NCBI GenBank assembly: GCA_964014485.1
Contig: CAXHAT010000087.1
Span: 1-29,582, forward strand
DNA from: an uncultured Deferribacteres bacterium
GTDB taxonomy: Bacteria; Zhuqueibacterota; Zhuqueibacteria; Zhuqueibacterales; Geothermadaptataceae
Direction of reading: 5' to 3'
DNA: 29,582 nt
Of the stretch, positions 26,376 through 29,582 are shown one piece after another. Positions within the stretch are counted from its first letter, which is position 1. Each line of letters starts with the position of its first letter. A program made the position numbers and the translations under genes. Below the pieces are notes generated by a model, which saw nothing but the letters and a program-made list of their open reading frames with translations, did not search any database and had not been told where the DNA came from.

Positions 26376-28697
26376 TTACTTGAGCAAAAGCGCCTTGCTA
26401 ACTTTTGAAAGATTATCAGCACGGACGCGGATGAAGTAAACGCCGCTCGGCAGGTTCTGTGCGTTGAAAGGAATTTCGTGCTCGCCGGATTGTAATTTTC
26501 TTTCGAGCAGTCGACGAACACGACGGCCTTGAAGATCAAAAACGCTGATTTCAATCTCAGCCGCTTTTTCGAGCGAGACGCGAACCGCGGTGGAGGGGTT
26601 GAACGGATTTGGCTGGACGCTGACATTGAAAGACTTTGGCAAACGACTTTCATTCTCAACTACTTTGACCGGACTGTCGCCGCGCGTATCGACGACTTTC
26701 GACGCTGTGTAAGTCGCCTTGATCCAGACCGTCTGGCTTGGCGGCGAAGCGTCGCCGTTACCAGCGCTGATTGCAAAAAAGCCTTCTTTTTGGGGCGTGT
26801 AATTCAACGTGAGATTGCCAAGCCCCGAGACGTCGGCTACGAGCGAATCGTTTTCGTCGCGTAGATGCAAGAACAAAAAAACATCGGTTTTGCTTGGAAA
26901 AAGTTCAATTGTCAGCGGCGTTCCGGTCTCTGGGAAAATTTCCCCCGTCAATCTGGACACGCCGCCTAACGCCGGCAGTGCGCCGCCTTGTCCCAGAGAG
27001 AGCGGATGCGAATCGCCGAGATCATCCGCCATTTCCCACTCTTGCACAGTCTGACGCTGCGGCGGATTAAAACCGCCGTCGATTCCCGCTGGCCCCCAAA
27101 TCGTGTAGCCGCGTCGCTTGTTGCTGCCGTCACAGGGCGGCGTCCAGATTTGCACGTTACCGTCACTGTCCACGAAAATATCGTCAGCGTTGGCGCCGGA
27201 GTAGTCGTGCAATTGCGTTCCCGGCGCGAAATCGGTAGCGACGGTCGCGTTTTGCCACGTATCCCAGTTGTCGTTCACGCCAATGATCGCTCGCCTGCTG
27301 CGCTCAATAACCAAATGATCGCCGGATTGGTGACGCACTCTGTATTCGCCGCTCTTGAACGCCAATTTTTGATGCGCCCAAATGATGTTGGCGATGTCGT
27401 CGCGCATCGGCAGAGCTTTATCGTCGGTCGGGAGATGTGAAAAACGATTCCCGGCGTAACCGACCTCATACAAATCTTCGAAAAATACTTGGGGGGAACC
27501 GTCGACGGCGAATGCGACGGCGTAAGCTGCGGAGAGTCTCGGTTCGTTCGGTTCAATGTGCCCGCCGCCCAATTCGCTGCCTTCGTTCCAGCCGTTGTAG
27601 TTGCCGTCGTCGTCCAGCATGGGGCGGAACGTGTCGTGATTATTGACGAACGGTACGGTGCGCAGGCGGTTATTTTGTTGGGCGCCGGGAATTTGCGCCA
27701 GATCATAATTTCCGAGGCCGTAAACCATGTCGCGGAGTGCGGAACGCAGGCTAAAATCGAAAGTTCCCGCGCGATTCTGCACATCGTCCGCCCATTGATC
27801 AAGCTGGCCTTTGCCGCCGACGAATTCGCCGACCGCGAACATCTCGTCGCCGCCCGAAGCCCAGTCCGCGCCGTGTTGAAGATTGTAGAGAAAATCTTCC
27901 GCCGCCCAGTGCGGAATGTGTTTGATCGCGTCCAGGCGCACGCCGTCGAAACCGGTTTGTTTTTTGAGCCAAATCAACCACGCGCGGGCGTTGTTGCGCA
28001 TCCAATCGGCGGCTTGCGGCGGATTGAAAACGGCGTTTGAACTTTGCCCGACGGCGTTGCTGAAATAACAATTGTCCGGCCCAAAAAGCTGTTGCGTCCA
28101 GTCGTCGTCACTCTGGTTGTGGTCAGGATTGGGATGGAAATTCTGATGATTCTTCGGCCAGCGCCCTTGCAGCGCCGTCACATCCGCGCCGTCCAGTTGC
28201 GGCGTGGTGAAAGAAGCGTAACGAAAGTTTTTCCATTGGTCGCCGGGCGCGGTTGGGTCGAGAGATTGCGCACCGATGCTGTGGTTGAGCACAATATCGA
28301 AAATCGCGTCGAGGCCATTGGCGTGCAGCACGGCAACCATGCGCAGAAGTTGGTCTTTGTTGCCGAATCGTGTCGCCGTGGTGTTTTTTTGTCGTTTGTC
28401 GCCGAGATCATAGTGATCATAAACGCCGTAACCGACGTCAAACGTGCCGCCAATGCCTTTTGACGGCGGCGGCGTCCAAACGGCGTCGATTCCGATTTCG
28501 CGCAGGCGCGGCGCAAGTTCCGTGAGATAGTCCGCCCAGGCGTTGGGAAAGTTGTCGTTGTGATAATCCCACCAGAACCCCTGCAAAACGACCTTGCCGT
28601 TCCAGGGATTTTGGGCTTGCAAAGGGCATGAGACAATCAGTATCAGACACGCGATCAGTCGGCGTAAATTCCACCGGTTTTTCAGAATTTGAAACAT
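26376..28697 (-). CDS. Secreted alpha-amylase family protein (GH13) with Por/T9SS-like C-terminal domain
   Basis: Signal peptide, VLQGFWWDY, GYGVYDHYDLGD, DIVLNH; catalytic regions GVRLDAIKH, VGEF and FVNNHDT; C-terminus NPFNPST...FDLQGRRV...LPSGVYF...LLLK. Confidence 0.9.
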   Translation of the reverse strand: MFQILKNRWNLRRLIACLILIVSCPLQAQNPWNGKVVLQGFWWDYHNDNFPNAWADYLTELAPRLREIGIDAVWTPPPSKGIGGTFDVGYGVYDHYDLGDKRQKNTTATRFGNKDQLLRMVAVLHANGLDAIFDIVLNHSIGAQSLDPTAPGDQWKNFRYASFTTPQLDGADVTALQGRWPKNHQNFHPNPDHNQSDDDWTQQLFGPDNCYFSNAVGQSSNAVFNPPQAADWMRNNARAWLIWLKKQTGFDGVRLDAIKHIPHWAAEDFLYNLQHGADWASGGDEMFAVGEFVGGKGQLDQWADDVQNRAGTFDFSLRSALRDMVYGLGNYDLAQIPGAQQNNRLRTVPFVNNHDTFRPMLDDDGNYNGWNEGSELGGGHIEPNEPRLSAAYAVAFAVDGSPQVFFEDLYEVGYAGNRFSHLPTDDKALPMRDDIANIIWAHQKLAFKSGEYRVRHQSGDHLVIERSRRAIIGVNDNWDTWQNATVATDFAPGTQLHDYSGANADDIFVDSDGNVQIWTPPCDGSNKRRGYTIWGPAGIDGGFNPPQRQTVQEWEMADDLGDSHPLSLGQGGALPALGGVSRLTGEIFPETGTPLTIELFPSKTDVFLFLHLRDENDSLVADVSGLGNLTLNYTPQKEGFFAISAGNGDASPPSQTVWIKATYTASKVVDTRGDSPVKVVENESRLPKSFNVSVQPNPFNPSTAVRVSLEKAAEIEISVFDLQGRRVRRLLERKLQSGEHEIPFNAQNLPSGVYFIRVRADNLSKVSKALLLK

Positions 28698-28803
28698 GTG
28701 TTTTTCCGTTTTTGAAAATAGTGCGGCGCGCGGAAGATGCGAATCCTGCTTTCAGGAGTCAATATCGACTTGCTTAATTCGATTGCTTGAGGTTAATTTG
28801 AAA

Positions 28804-29283
28804 ATGGATCTTTATCACGAACTCATTAAGCTGCTGAAGTTATTGCAGCGTGACAAAATCGATTATGCGCTCTGCGGCGGACTTGCGGTTGCATTATACG
28901 GCTATCCTCGCTTTACAAAAGACATTGACGTCATGGTTCGTCCCGAAGATTTGGATCGAGCGCTTGAGGCTGCCGCTAAAAGGGGGTTCACACTGTCCGC
29001 CGGGATAATTCCGTTTGACGTTGGAAAGTCGGAGGAACGGCGCGTTTACCGCGTTTCAAAAATCACCGGTAAAGACGTTCTCCCGCTCGATTTGATTTTG
29101 GTCACGCCGGCGCTTGAAGAAGCCTGGCAAAATCGTGAGCTTTTTCTTTGGAGCGGGGAAGAAATTCAAGTCGTTTCAGTTACAGGGCTTGTGAGCATGA
29201 AGCGTCTTGCCGGGCGTGATCAGGACTTGCTGGATATTAAAAAATTGGGATTCCATAAGAATGAAGAAAACGATCAAAAATAA
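28804..29283 (+). CDS. Nucleotidyltransferase-family protein (Pol beta superfamily; DUF6036/AbiEii-like)
   Basis: YALCGGLAVALYGYPRFTKDIDV (GG..A....G..R.T.DxD), LDL and C-terminal MKRLAGRDQDLLDI. Start moved to ATG 28804. Confidence 0.82.
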   Translation: MDLYHELIKLLKLLQRDKIDYALCGGLAVALYGYPRFTKDIDVMVRPEDLDRALEAAAKRGFTLSAGIIPFDVGKSEERRVYRVSKITGKDVLPLDLILVTPALEEAWQNRELFLWSGEEIQVVSVTGLVSMKRLAGRDQDLLDIKKLGFHKNEENDQK

Positions 29284-29431
29284 CAAACAAATCGATATGT
29301 CGCCGGAAGCCATTGACCGCCGGATGCACGAAGTCTCTCAGCTTTGGAAGCTTGGCATGAAATTACGCAATGCACAACGGGTTAGAAGAGTCCAGCAAAC
29401 CGAAAAAGCGAACGAATCTGAAGGGAGGTAA
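29261..29431 (+). CDS. Small helical hypothetical protein (56 aa), partner of the nucleotidyltransferase
   Basis: MKKTIKNNKQIDMSPEAIDRRMHEVSQLWKLGMKLRNA...; overlaps the NTase 3' end by 23 bp. Confidence 0.62.
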   Translation: MKKTIKNNKQIDMSPEAIDRRMHEVSQLWKLGMKLRNAQRVRRVQQTEKANESEGR

Positions 29432-29489
29432 AAGAATTGTCCAGACCGAAACCCAATGTCACTAACTTTTTGCTTCAATTACGCTCAAA

Positions 29490-29579
29490 CAAACTGAAGT
29501 TTGAACTACAAACCACAGAGCATCCTTCTGCTCTGAGCGTAAAAAAAGCACTGTCGTTTGTAGTTCAAGCTTTAGCTTG
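29490..29579. repeat. Inverted pair of GTAG-type REP-like hairpins
   Basis: CAAACTGAAGTTTGAACTACAAAC (29490-29513) and GTTTGTAGTTCAAGCTTTAGCTTG (29556-29579), with a central CAGAGCA/TGCTCTG hairpin (29516-29535). Confidence 0.75.
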
Positions 29580-29582
29580 CCT

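Noticed and set aside
1..29582. CRISPR array, integron attC cassettes, tRNA/rRNA, IS or prophage genes
   Set aside because: I saw no regularly spaced direct repeats, no convincing RYYYAAC...GTTRRRY attC structures around the cassettes, no cloverleaf or rRNA-like segments, and no transposase, integrase or phage ORFs. This was manual reading only.

Overview
Bacterial chromosomal window, about 50% GC. Gene content and a Por/T9SS-like C-terminal domain suggest an FCB-group organism such as candidate division KSB1 or Calditrichota (inference only). There are 19 supportable CDSs. Left to right: a 5'-truncated VPS10/BNR beta-propeller protein, an IscA/ErpA Fe-S carrier, and an orphan MacB/FtsX-type permease. 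Next is a probable sulfated amino-sugar operon (sulfatase, NCS1-like permease, 57-aa membrane protein, large unclassified GH-like protein). Then come a YjbH-like outer-membrane protein, a penicillin/AHL acylase, a YhaM-like OB+HD protein with degenerate metal ligands, a ChlI/MoxR-like AAA+ ATPase and a GH38 alpha-mannosidase. The right third has an AT-rich CfrBI-like type II R-M pair, a SurA/PrsA-like lipoprotein, an N4C-type methyltransferase fused in frame to a PD-(D/E)xK-like nuclease, a secreted GH13 amylase, and a nucleotidyltransferase plus small-protein pair. Intergenic regions carry several distinct REP-like palindromes, two of them inverted doublets with compensatory changes. No rRNA, tRNA, CRISPR, transposase or integrase was seen. 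Best leads: (1) the MTase-nuclease fusion, which keeps an internal SD+TTG and is one base away from being two genes; (2) the sulfatase/NCS1/GH-like operon; (3) the NTase two-gene module. All family calls come from motif recognition, not database searches.
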